A stretch of 64,000 nt of DNA, taken from positions 91,213 to 155,212 of IMG/VR virus record IMGVR_UViG_3300005613_000005, one strand, 5' to 3'. The notes below the pieces were generated by a model. The model did no database searches. It worked only from the letters and a program-made list of their open reading frames with translations, and had not been told where the DNA came from. The translations under genes were made by a program, and so were the position numbers. Positions 54,254-63,554 of the stretch are shown in pieces (position 1 is the first letter of the stretch; each line of letters begins with the position of its first letter). Origin of the DNA: a virus. Taxonomy: Duplodnaviria; Heunggongvirae; Uroviricota; Caudoviricetes.

Positions 54254-54715
54254 TTATTTTTTATCTTCTTTTTTTGTAAATTTAGTGATACCATTTTGCA
54301 TAAACGCTTTAGTATCAATATCATCACCAACAAAATATATCAATGAAACTTTAGGATCACGGCCTTTGATCTTAGCATCAATGTAATTGTAAAAAATCGA
54401 TGGACAATCATTCCTTAACATCGGAACGACGATCTTTTTACTAAGATCAACAACATCATCGTATGCAACACCATCATATACAATCGTCTTACAAGCAGTC
54501 ATAGGATTGAAGTCCAACGATCCGTAGTTAAGACCGATCTTTTCCACGATCTTGCGAAGATAATTAGATGTAGCGATTTTGGTACCATCACGTAGTTTAG
54601 CAGTAGGTGGTGCTGGACACTCATTGATCTCTTCTATGAAATCAGGTGTTTTGATGACCATCTCATCATTTTTTAACGACTTTGGTATTTCTTTAACAAT
54701 CTTAAATTTAGCCAT
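54254..54715 (-). CDS. Hypothetical protein
   Basis: AAGGAG RBS, ATG 54715. Confidence 0.65.
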   Translation of the reverse strand: MAKFKIVKEIPKSLKNDEMVIKTPDFIEEINECPAPPTAKLRDGTKIATSNYLRKIVEKIGLNYGSLDFNPMTACKTIVYDGVAYDDVVDLSKKIVVPMLRNDCPSIFYNYIDAKIKGRDPKVSLIYFVGDDIDTKAFMQNGITKFTKKEDKK

Positions 54716-54728
54716 ATAATCTCCTTTA

Positions 54729-54944
54729 TTATTTCTTAGTACCTGCTTCCAACGTTGTCCCATCTTTTAAAACTTTCTTCTGATAGACATTAGCACCAGC
54801 ATAAACAGCCACTAAAAATCCCATACCATAAATAAAACCTTCACTGGCTACTTTTCCAAAATACGTCAAGACCGATAAGACAATAAAAGCTTCTTGAGCG
54901 AAGAAAAATTTCTTACCACCAAAAAATTCATATATCTTGTTCAT
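54729..54944 (-). CDS. Holin-like two-TM protein
   Basis: GGKKFF...TM...AVYAGANVYQK pattern. Confidence 0.6.
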   Translation of the reverse strand: MNKIYEFFGGKKFFFAQEAFIVLSVLTYFGKVASEGFIYGMGFLVAVYAGANVYQKKVLKDGTTLEAGTKK

Positions 54945-54954
54945 GTTAGACTCC

Positions 54955-55128
54955 TTATTCATCCTTTGTTAAAACATGATATCTAAAAAACGAATACGCG
55001 ATAGCTAATAATCCAGCGAATATCGTTGGACCCGTTTTACCATAAAAATATAGATTATATAGTTCATTTACAACTAAAATAACACCGACAATGAAAAATA
55101 TACTTGATACCATAAAGCGTTTACTCAT
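54955..55128 (-). CDS. Small two-TM membrane protein
   Basis: Hydrophobic helices. Confidence 0.55.
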   Translation of the reverse strand: MSKRFMVSSIFFIVGVILVVNELYNLYFYGKTGPTIFAGLLAIAYSFFRYHVLTKDE

Positions 55129-58100
55129 CTTCAATCCTTTCGATCTCAGATATCTCAATGGAAACTGGCGTTTTCCATCCTTCTTTCAATGTACCTCGTA
55201 CATAAACCAATGAGTCTTTTGGCCATTTCAATGCTTTTTTTATGTTCCATGAAGACGCTTCGATCGTTGAATAGCCGTCAGATAACTTAACCACGCATAA
55301 ATTCCACGGTTTACCAGTACGTTTAGAAATTCCACTCTTAATCTGCGAACTTTCATATAATAATATGAGTCCAACATTATCTCCTTGATCGTGTTCTAAC
55401 ACCCCAGCAGCGACCTTTATATTACACAATACAGGAACATTGCCCATGATAAATGGGACAGCCTGACGTCCAGTTTTCTTCAACGCCGGCCACTTTTTAT
55501 CGATAAAATCGATGATCTCTTCGTTAGACAAGAGATACTTATTAAAGGCTTTGTTGGTATCTCGTTCTTGCAAAAATATAGTTAGAGGATCAAAGTCGCG
55601 CATCTCGTCGTTGAACTGACTGGTCCTCGAACTTTTCATGGATATATAATCTTCCATGAATTTTTTACGAGCCTCTACATACGGTAAATTTTTATCCATA
55701 AAAGCATCGGCAGCGCGTCCCTTTATCAACGCTGAAACTGCTCCAATATTACATTTGGTATGATTGATCTTATTCATGAAATCAGATAGGTCATCGTACG
55801 GACCAGTTTCTACCAAATGAGCGATAACTTTTGGACCGATACCTTTCATGACGCCTATAGGTGCGATAATCTTATCATCATGCACAGCAAACCGCTCCAA
55901 CGGATTCTTCAGTGACGGAGGCTGTATAAGATCACCCAACAAAGTTATATAATGTCTGAGTTTCGACTCAGTTCTTTCTGAGTTAAGGACTGCACACCAC
56001 CATTCAGTTCGATGATAGTGCTTAAGATACATGGTTATGTAACCTAATTCTCCGTACGCGTGCGAATGAGAACGGTTAAACGAATATTTAGAAAACGCAA
56101 CGATCTGATTACAGACAGCATCAGCTTGCTGTAAACTCCAACCACGCTTCATAGTTGACTTGCGAATAGTATCGAACGTCTTGATTATGATGTCTTCTTT
56201 TTTCTTAGCTATAGCATTACGAATTTGATCGGCTTCTTCCCAGGTATGACCGCCTATCTCTACTATAAACTTCATGACTTCTTCTTGGTAAACAAATACG
56301 CCGTTCGTCGTGTAATTAGCAAGATCAGGATGAAGGTAGCTGAGTCTACGATCGTTGTTTCTGACGTCTATGTAATATTGAGCAGCTGATATACCATCGT
56401 CCAAGCTGATCTCATCGTTCATGAATGGAGCGTCCAATGCACCAGGTCGACAAAGTGCTGTAAGTTCATACAGGTGGTTTCTCTGAACCGGATTAAATCT
56501 CTGTATGTATCCTTTGATTAAACTAGTGTTAAACTGAAACGAAGAATCAGTCTTCTTGTTGTAAAAATCACGATATACTCCAATATCTTCAGGTAAGCGA
56601 TATATCTTAGCAATACCGAACTCATCTTCTTCAAGATAGTCTATACCAGTACGTTCTTTAACGGACATAACGCAGTCTGACAGTGCAGTCAAGGTCTTTA
56701 ATCCTAATATATCAGCTTTTACGAGACCACACTTCTCAACGAGGGTCGCGTCATACTGCGTTACCGTTATGGTTCCCAAAGTCTTATCAGTCATGGTCAT
56801 CGTCGGCACTCGCGAACTCGACAGATCAAGGGTAGATATAACGAACGCTGAAGCGTGTCTGCTCCATCCACGAGGCATTCCTAGCAATCGCTTGACCATA
56901 TTTTCAACTTCCTGATGACTCTCAAAAAAATTTGCTAAAAGTTTATTGCGCTCAACTTCACCTTCATTATAGTTACCTTCGTTATCAGTATATCCATACA
57001 AAAAATCATGCTCATCAATGCCCTGCGATGAATCAGGAATAGTATCGCAGACGCTTTTAACTTCTGGATCATTCCTGTTCTTACCGTATATAGCGAACAT
57101 AGAATCTTTTATCGCGTTTTTGGTCTTCATCTTATTAAACGTCGCGATCTGCGCGAAACCTAGCCCATATTTTTCCTGCAAATAGTTCATGATCAGCGGG
57201 CGAGCACGATCGCCGATATCGATGTCTATGTCCGGAAACGACCCCGCACGAATTCTCGCATGAGATAAGAAACGCTCAAAAGGTAGATGGGCTTTTATCG
57301 GATCGATGTGTATTATCTTCAGATAATAACTGATCAACGATCCACCAGCAGATCCACGACCGAGGTTCTGCAATATGTTCTGACTTCTAACAAACTTAGA
57401 TATATCCTCGTACATCAAAAAATACGGTATGAAGTTAAGGGTATCGTTGTTCATTATCACGTCGATCTCACTCTTGAACCTGGTAATATACTCAGGATCA
57501 TCTCTCCATCTACCGTGTTCTTCAATCTTCTTCATTAATAATAGGTACAGTCGTTTGTTCGGATCATCGGTGCGCTTAGCTATGTTATCCGGAATCGATA
57601 TCTGAGGTAAATGATAATCGAAATTTACCTCTATGTTTCTGGCGGCGTTCATTATCTCGTACGTATTCTCTATCCATTGTTCAAATTTTTCTTCGGTCAA
57701 CCATTCACCCAAATGTGTTTTCAACATCGTAAAAATTTCATCAGCTCTATGTTGATGATATGATTCATAAAAATACCAACCATTATCGTTGCCGTTCTTC
57801 AACAAACAATCTTGAATCACCTTATCTTCAGGCGATATAAAATGAGCGTCGGTAGCAGGTATCGGTTTGCCACCGTGTTTATCGACCATCTCCGCTAAAA
57901 ACTTGTTGTACGCTTTCTGTTGGTTGCCGTCTGGCGCCAGTAACGTCGCTGGTATAGGATCAAAACCACCGGTCTTCTTGTTGAAGTTGTGCGTTAGATC
58001 GGTAGGATGAAACTCAACGTAAAGATCATCGCCAAATAACTTAACGTATTCTTTATAAACGTCTTCCGCGTCTGAATAACTACCGTTCATGATGCATCGA

Positions 58101-58573
58101 CCAAGAGGACTAGCAATACACGCAGTTCCAAATTTTAGTCCCTCACGATACTGATCAAGTTGATCAAACGTAACCCTACCTTTTTTAACACCGTAATAAA
58201 CAACTGTGTCATTGTAGGCCAACGAAGCTAATTTCATTAGGTTACGGTAACCAACGTTGTTAACGGCCCACACGTTTATGTGATAATGACCGCGATCTTT
58301 AGCGTTTAACTTTACGTACAGTTCAACACCGGGAACTCCGACGACCTTGTCCAACGAATAGTTCGTTCCATGTTTCTCGTTGTATTTTTTTATCAGCTCT
58401 GGAAATCTAGTCGCATAATATAACGATATCGCCGTACCATGATCGGTAATAGAAAATCCAGGAGTATCGTTCTCCAAGCACCACGCTACCCATTCTTCAG
58501 CAGAAGGAACAGCATCGAGGAGTGAGTACATGCTGTGGTTGTGCAGTTGACAGGGTTCTTTAAAACGCGACAT
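55121..58573 (-). CDS. dnaE: DNA polymerase III alpha subunit (family C)
   Basis: PHP LHNHSMYSLLDA, ITDHG, GRGSAGGS, FPDIDID, KADILGL, VYQEEVM, FNRSH. Confidence 0.97.
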   Translation of the reverse strand: MSRFKEPCQLHNHSMYSLLDAVPSAEEWVAWCLENDTPGFSITDHGTAISLYYATRFPELIKKYNEKHGTNYSLDKVVGVPGVELYVKLNAKDRGHYHINVWAVNNVGYRNLMKLASLAYNDTVVYYGVKKGRVTFDQLDQYREGLKFGTACIASPLGRCIMNGSYSDAEDVYKEYVKLFGDDLYVEFHPTDLTHNFNKKTGGFDPIPATLLAPDGNQQKAYNKFLAEMVDKHGGKPIPATDAHFISPEDKVIQDCLLKNGNDNGWYFYESYHQHRADEIFTMLKTHLGEWLTEEKFEQWIENTYEIMNAARNIEVNFDYHLPQISIPDNIAKRTDDPNKRLYLLLMKKIEEHGRWRDDPEYITRFKSEIDVIMNNDTLNFIPYFLMYEDISKFVRSQNILQNLGRGSAGGSLISYYLKIIHIDPIKAHLPFERFLSHARIRAGSFPDIDIDIGDRARPLIMNYLQEKYGLGFAQIATFNKMKTKNAIKDSMFAIYGKNRNDPEVKSVCDTIPDSSQGIDEHDFLYGYTDNEGNYNEGEVERNKLLANFFESHQEVENMVKRLLGMPRGWSRHASAFVISTLDLSSSRVPTMTMTDKTLGTITVTQYDATLVEKCGLVKADILGLKTLTALSDCVMSVKERTGIDYLEEDEFGIAKIYRLPEDIGVYRDFYNKKTDSSFQFNTSLIKGYIQRFNPVQRNHLYELTALCRPGALDAPFMNDEISLDDGISAAQYYIDVRNNDRRLSYLHPDLANYTTNGVFVYQEEVMKFIVEIGGHTWEEADQIRNAIAKKKEDIIIKTFDTIRKSTMKRGWSLQQADAVCNQIVAFSKYSFNRSHSHAYGELGYITMYLKHYHRTEWWCAVLNSERTESKLRHYITLLGDLIQPPSLKNPLERFAVHDDKIIAPIGVMKGIGPKVIAHLVETGPYDDLSDFMNKINHTKCNIGAVSALIKGRAADAFMDKNLPYVEARKKFMEDYISMKSSRTSQFNDEMRDFDPLTIFLQERDTNKAFNKYLLSNEEIIDFIDKKWPALKKTGRQAVPFIMGNVPVLCNIKVAAGVLEHDQGDNVGLILLYESSQIKSGISKRTGKPWNLCVVKLSDGYSTIEASSWNIKKALKWPKDSLVYVRGTLKEGWKTPVSIEISEIERIEDE

Positions 58574-58636
58574 ATATCTCCCTTAAATTAAAGGTCCTGG
58601 AAATATTGTACATTCCAGGACACAAAATAGGTATCG

Positions 58637-58822
58637 TTAAGAGAGCAACGTTATTTTTTGGATTGTTTTCTGGTTTTCCACCAGTTCTCGGCATACCTCA
58701 ACCCATAAAACACCAATACGAGTTTTATAATGTCGAAGAATTGAGTGCAAACTGCTACTTTTATAACATCCCAGTTTGTCATCTTTAATGCCCTTTTTCG
58801 GTTCAGAAGGATCGTCGTCCAT
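58637..58822 (-). CDS. Small hypothetical protein
   Basis: ORF track, GAGG upstream. Confidence 0.4.
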   Translation of the reverse strand: MDDDPSEPKKGIKDDKLGCYKSSSLHSILRHYKTRIGVLWVEVCRELVENQKTIQKITLLS

Positions 58823-58838
58823 TTATATGAGACACCTC

Positions 58839-59168
58839 TTAGAACGTAAACGTTATGGTTACCGCATTAGTAGTAGCATCTACCGCAGCGATAGAAAAAG
58901 ATAGTTCACTTGTCATAATGTCTTCACTAGCTAGATATTGGTATAAACCACTCTTAAAAGCGTTCCATATGGTACCTTGCAATATCATGCCAGCGGGGTT
59001 ATGGGTCGCGTTGGCACTGTACGTAACAGTCGATTGTCCAAGGCCAGAAGCTGTTGTCAAAGCCGTGTTTATAGCGGCGTTATTTGTAGTTCCCCACGCA
59101 CTACCGGCTGCTATAGCCGCGTTGATGGCAGTATCTAAGGCACCTGTATATGTAGTTCTGAGACTCAT
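58839..59168 (-). CDS. Ala/Thr-rich probable virion protein
   Basis: AAGGAG RBS, TGATATAAT at 59197-59205. Confidence 0.65.
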   Translation of the reverse strand: MSLRTTYTGALDTAINAAIAAGSAWGTTNNAAINTALTTASGLGQSTVTYSANATHNPAGMILQGTIWNAFKSGLYQYLASEDIMTSELSFSIAAVDATTNAVTITFTF

Positions 59169-59209
59169 GTTTTACTCCTTGTTATCTTATATACTAATTA
59201 TATCATGGC

Positions 59210-59500
59210 TTAGATATTAGAGTCATCATCGTCTTCTTTTAATTCTCTGCGTTTATCCAACAAAAACGCTACTTTAGCATGTTCGTAGGATATGGCAGAA
59301 TTATAACCTGACTCTAGATCTTTTTTGACCTGCTTTGCGGCCTGAAGTTGAGAATCGTTGTCTTTCTCTTCCTCAAGATCCTTGATCTTTTGCATGGCAG
59401 TAGCGATCCTGGCGTTGATCTCGTCTTCACCGAGCTCTGAATTGTTGTCGACAAAAGATTGACTTAAAATTTTCTTTGCTTTACTTACATCAATACCCAT
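59210..59500 (-). CDS. Hypothetical coiled-coil protein
   Basis: AGGAG RBS. Confidence 0.65.
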   Translation of the reverse strand: MGIDVSKAKKILSQSFVDNNSELGEDEINARIATAMQKIKDLEEEKDNDSQLQAAKQVKKDLESGYNSAISYEHAKVAFLLDKRRELKEDDDDSNI

Positions 59501-59509
59501 ATCATGCTC

Positions 59510-60142
59510 CTATTCGTAAACATACATCGTTTTAGTAACTTTATTGAATTTTACATCTTCAGGAATCGGTTTGGTGACCGTAAAGTTGTGTATGTTCTTA
59601 TAGATAGCGAGATAAAAGATACCCATAGCTACCGCGTCCACGATGTCGTTCTTGAACTTTACGGGCTTGTTGGTCTTCAACGACGTGGAATGGTTCGGAA
59701 ACCTTATTTTCCATCTTTTCCAAAGCGCATCCTGAGTCATCAGTTTTTTAGCAGGTTCTTTACCCCATTGTTTAATTTGTACTTTAGTGGGACGAGATTT
59801 ACCAAAGTTGATGAATTTCTTCCACAAAGTAATGTTCAAGACAGTATATGGTATGTTGTTGCGAGCGCACAAGAGTTGTATCATGGCTCTATAAGCACAA
59901 TTTAAGTTAGCACCTTGAGATGCAAACTTACTGAAAAAATAATCCTCGTGTGCTACTTCTTCTATATCATGGAAGTCAATCAAGGCCTGTATCTTATTGA
60001 TAAAATCTTGATATTGCTTACCCATATGTTCATCATCATCAACATCAATAAAACCGTAGTCGTATATATCTGCGAAACCATCTTCGACATGGATAATACA
60101 ATAGCCGCTAATGCATCCTGGATCAATTATAAGTATCTTCAT
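59510..60142 (-). CDS. ruvC: RuvC-like Holliday junction resolvase
   Basis: ILIIDPG, VAHEDYFF, DIVDAVAMG. Confidence 0.85.
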   Translation of the reverse strand: MKILIIDPGCISGYCIIHVEDGFADIYDYGFIDVDDDEHMGKQYQDFINKIQALIDFHDIEEVAHEDYFFSKFASQGANLNCAYRAMIQLLCARNNIPYTVLNITLWKKFINFGKSRPTKVQIKQWGKEPAKKLMTQDALWKRWKIRFPNHSTSLKTNKPVKFKNDIVDAVAMGIFYLAIYKNIHNFTVTKPIPEDVKFNKVTKTMYVYE

Positions 60143-60143
60143 T

Positions 60144-60863
60144 TTACTCCTTATATTTTAATATATACCCTTTAGTATGAGTATTTTGACCATTTAAAAC
60201 TTTTCGCATATTAGACGGTTGTAATCCTAATTGTTTTGCACATTTTGTTTTATTAATCCATGTTCCTACATATTTTTTATCAATTGTATATACGTCAAAA
60301 GGTTTAGAACCGCGCTTCATCGCAGCAATTTTACGTTTATTGTCATCCGCCCAATATTTTCTTTGATACTTTGATATTTTACCATTGCGAACCGGATTTG
60401 TCATAGCTCGTCTATGATTAGTCCTCATTTTTAGTTTATCAATTGGTGACATATTAGCAAAACTTTGTTTAACTCGTTGTGCATTAATCTCTCGATTTTT
60501 AGGATCTTTATTGAATTCTTTTAATGTTTTAGAAATTTTAGCTCTCGTTTCTGCCCCAATAAACCAACCTGGCGTTCCTTCTCCACCATCAGTCATATTA
60601 TATCCATTAGGATATTTCGTGTTATATAGTTTAATATAGTACGATTCTAATTTCATCGCTTCTTCAGCAGTTTTTATATTCGTATGTAAAATTTTCCACT
60701 CTGCTATCAATTGATTTTTTCTTAATTCTTCATGAAATATAAATTTTGTTCTTTGAGTTCGAGCATCGTTAATATACTGCTTTTGTCTAACTTTAAAAGA
60801 TTGGCCCGTAACACCAATATATGCTTTATTGGCAATAATAGCACAATATATAACAAATTTCAC
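60144..60863 (-). CDS. GIY-YIG homing endonuclease with NUMOD3/NUMOD1-like repeats, probably leaderless
   Basis: VIY...AYIG.T, LESYYIK...GYNMTDGG; TAGTATAAT 6 nt before GTG. Confidence 0.9.
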   Translation of the reverse strand: MKFVIYCAIIANKAYIGVTGQSFKVRQKQYINDARTQRTKFIFHEELRKNQLIAEWKILHTNIKTAEEAMKLESYYIKLYNTKYPNGYNMTDGGEGTPGWFIGAETRAKISKTLKEFNKDPKNREINAQRVKQSFANMSPIDKLKMRTNHRRAMTNPVRNGKISKYQRKYWADDNKRKIAAMKRGSKPFDVYTIDKKYVGTWINKTKCAKQLGLQPSNMRKVLNGQNTHTKGYILKYKE

Positions 60864-60908
60864 ACTAATATTATACTATGATATCTAGTAAAATTAGCTA
60901 ATTGTTTA

Positions 60909-61229
60909 CTATTTTTTATCTGGTTGGCGTGAGAATAACTTAAGATATTCTTCCTCTTCTCGTTTTCCAAGTGACCACTGACCATTCTTTGCTATCTTTA
61001 ACTTTGATTGCCATTGACCCGCATCCTTTATCTTAGCGGCTTTTAGATCGGCTTTGATGTTAGGATCCTGATTCTGTTTTTGCTCAGCAACCTTGATGGG
61101 ATTCTTGATGGAAGGTGGTTTTATCCCAGGCATCTTAGGAACTGAAGGAATACGAGGAGCCTTGATTGCGTTTTTAAACTGTGTAAGTATTTTAACTAAT
61201 TGATCTAACTTATCGCCGCGTAAACTCAT
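60909..61229 (-). CDS. Pro/Lys-rich putative head protein (NGQWSL motif), probably leaderless
   Basis: TGATATAAT at 61236-61244, 6 nt before ATG. Confidence 0.65.
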   Translation of the reverse strand: MSLRGDKLDQLVKILTQFKNAIKAPRIPSVPKMPGIKPPSIKNPIKVAEQKQNQDPNIKADLKAAKIKDAGQWQSKLKIAKNGQWSLGKREEEEYLKLFSRQPDKK

Positions 61230-61236
61230 AGTCTAA

Positions 61237-62970
61237 TTATATCACATCAGAGACTATAACCGATATACCTTTTTTCTTCTCTACCCGTATTATCTGAGTA
61301 AACATGGCTTTTGCTTCCGAAGCATGGTCGATAACCCAAATCTGATGTTTTACAGCTAGTTTTTCAAGTAGTCCAATAACCGTCTCTCTACCGGACACGT
61401 CCAATCCTTCAAACGGCTCATCAAGAATTATAGGGTTGAGCGTCATACCAAACTGCTTTCCCAATATATCGATAATCGCGAAATCTATAGCTAGGGATAG
61501 TGCTCTATACTCACCACCCGACAGACTACCGATCGAACATTTATGGTCGTTGTTTATAAAAGTCTCTGAAAATTTTGCGACGACATCACCCTTCTTATTT
61601 TCCTTATAAGATTTAAGTTGATAACTGGCGTTAGGCCATATCAACATCACATATTCAGATACCATATCGTTGAACGACTCGACCGTCGAATCTAAGATAT
61701 AAGCTGGTGCTCCCGTTGGTGCATATATGGTCGCTACGGCTTGTAAAATTTCAACTTGTTCTTTTTTCTGTTGAATCTGTAATAAAAAGCGATTTTTGAA
61801 ACCAGACAATTCTTTAATCTTATTTTGAATTTCATCAGCACGTTTAACATCTGCTTCCCACATTTTGTAATTATTGTCTATAACTTTATTATGTGACGAT
61901 AATTCCTGTATTCTCATTTGAGCATCATTATAATCATAAGATTCTTGAGCTTTCTTTTCTTTTATCTGTTGCATCAAAGAGCGAACTTGCTGTTCTTTCT
62001 CAAGTTTTTTATCTAGTTCTTTGATTTCTTTACCAATCGCCATCATCGTGTCTTTTATCTTATGTTGATTTTCTTTGTGTTTCTTTTTAGCTTCTTCATT
62101 GTCCAACGGTGCTCCACAGTTAAAACAATTCTCAGCTCCGTCAAATGACTTTATCTGATCGTTGAACCGTTTAAATTCATGATACCGTTGATCCCGCAAT
62201 GCTCTGTATCTGATTAATTTATTTAGTTTATCTTGAGTTTTTAACTGTAACTCGTCATACCGGCTTAAATCAGGTTTAGGAACTAGTTGGAGTTCTTTAA
62301 TCTGTCGATTGATCTGCTGCTGTTCGCCGAACGAGTTTACCATCTTTTTTTTAAGTGAATCAATATCTGTATACGTAGTTTCATAGACTCCTATCTGCGA
62401 CTTAACTTTCTCCAGTTCTATAGTAAGATCGTTAAGTTCGCTCTGCAACCGTTTGATGTGTTGATCCGTCTTTTTCTTGCATGCAGTAAATTCGTTCAAG
62501 TTCATCAATTGTAGTAAGAAATCTTTCTTAGCGGTATCGTTGAGGTCTATGAACTTGTTGCTGGCTCTCTGAACCGTGTACATCGATATCAAGAACTGAT
62601 CGTACGTTAATCCCAACAAAGATTCCCATTCTTCTTGGGTGATATCTAAATCCTTACCACTTTTCTTGAACTTAACGTTCTTTGGACGTTCACGAATTAC
62701 CTCGTATATCCGATTCTTGATCTTGATTTTTACGTGTACAAAACCACTCTTTGACTTACGACGCTTTATCTCCGTCGCGCTGATCTTACGCGGTACTTTA
62801 TCGTACAATCCAAACGCAAGTGCGTTGAAGATAGCGGTCTTTCCAGCACCATTGGCCTTGTTATCGTCGAAGTTCCATCCGTCAACTAATACTAAACCAC
62901 TATTATCAAACTTAAGTTCAGCATCTTTTATGCTAAGGATATTGTGAATTTTCAACAATACTATCTGCAT
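61237..62970 (-). CDS. sbcC: SbcC/Rad50 (gp46-like) ATPase, probably leaderless
   Basis: NGAGKT, CFNCG zinc hook, LSGGE, LDEPF, IDH; GGTACAAT 6 nt before ATG. Confidence 0.95.
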   Translation of the reverse strand: MQIVLLKIHNILSIKDAELKFDNSGLVLVDGWNFDDNKANGAGKTAIFNALAFGLYDKVPRKISATEIKRRKSKSGFVHVKIKIKNRIYEVIRERPKNVKFKKSGKDLDITQEEWESLLGLTYDQFLISMYTVQRASNKFIDLNDTAKKDFLLQLMNLNEFTACKKKTDQHIKRLQSELNDLTIELEKVKSQIGVYETTYTDIDSLKKKMVNSFGEQQQINRQIKELQLVPKPDLSRYDELQLKTQDKLNKLIRYRALRDQRYHEFKRFNDQIKSFDGAENCFNCGAPLDNEEAKKKHKENQHKIKDTMMAIGKEIKELDKKLEKEQQVRSLMQQIKEKKAQESYDYNDAQMRIQELSSHNKVIDNNYKMWEADVKRADEIQNKIKELSGFKNRFLLQIQQKKEQVEILQAVATIYAPTGAPAYILDSTVESFNDMVSEYVMLIWPNASYQLKSYKENKKGDVVAKFSETFINNDHKCSIGSLSGGEYRALSLAIDFAIIDILGKQFGMTLNPIILDEPFEGLDVSGRETVIGLLEKLAVKHQIWVIDHASEAKAMFTQIIRVEKKKGISVIVSDVI

Positions 62971-62985
62971 GATAGTATTGTACCG

Positions 62986-63342
62986 TCAGCGTTCATGCGG
63001 AGGTTTAGTATAGATGTGCATCTGCATATTATCGTCAAACCATACCCATCCTTTTTCAATCATAGTTTCTATAGAATACTTACCAGAATTTACCATCTTA
63101 GGGACTTCAACTCCCCAATAATATTTTTGACTCCTAGCCTTTATAATCTCGTCTTGGTTATCGATGTGCCGTGTATTAACTACGGGATCAACAAGTTCAC
63201 GTTTCTGTGATGGACCGTTGAGTACAGGGAGTTCGCGCTTCATCTCTGATTTACACTTCTTACATCTTAAGGTAAGTTTATCACGAGGAGCATACTTAAC
63301 TACGGAATTACCACACTCACACGTATACTTATATTTTGGCAT
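62986..63342 (-). CDS. FmdB-type zinc-ribbon protein
   Basis: MPKYKYTCECG...CKKCKSEMKR. Confidence 0.75.
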   Translation of the reverse strand: MPKYKYTCECGNSVVKYAPRDKLTLRCKKCKSEMKRELPVLNGPSQKRELVDPVVNTRHIDNQDEIIKARSQKYYWGVEVPKMVNSGKYSIETMIEKGWVWFDDNMQMHIYTKPPHER

Positions 63343-63554
63343 TACATCACCTTTATAGAATCCTCATCGATGACAACTATGTCCAGACGACCGTTTAAAG
63401 TATTAATAGCTATCAACTCTTCATATTGATTTTCAAGATCAGTGATCGGAAAAAACTGTTTTTTAAACAGATCGTATATTCTTTTGCCCATGATCACCTT
63501 AGACGGTTTTTGAATGTGAACAGCAAGTTCATTAATAAGATCTATTAACTCCAT
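63342..63554 (-). CDS. Hypothetical protein
   Basis: TAATG overlaps on both sides. Confidence 0.6.
   Translation of the reverse strand: MELIDLINELAVHIQKPSKVIMGKRIYDLFKKQFFPITDLENQYEELIAINTLNGRLDIVVIDEDSIKVM

Noticed and set aside
6230-62985. A conserved AAAC upstream (-35-like) element in phage promoters
   Set aside because: Seen in a few cases but at inconsistent spacing (15-28 nt); not distinguishable from chance in AT-rich DNA without a motif scan
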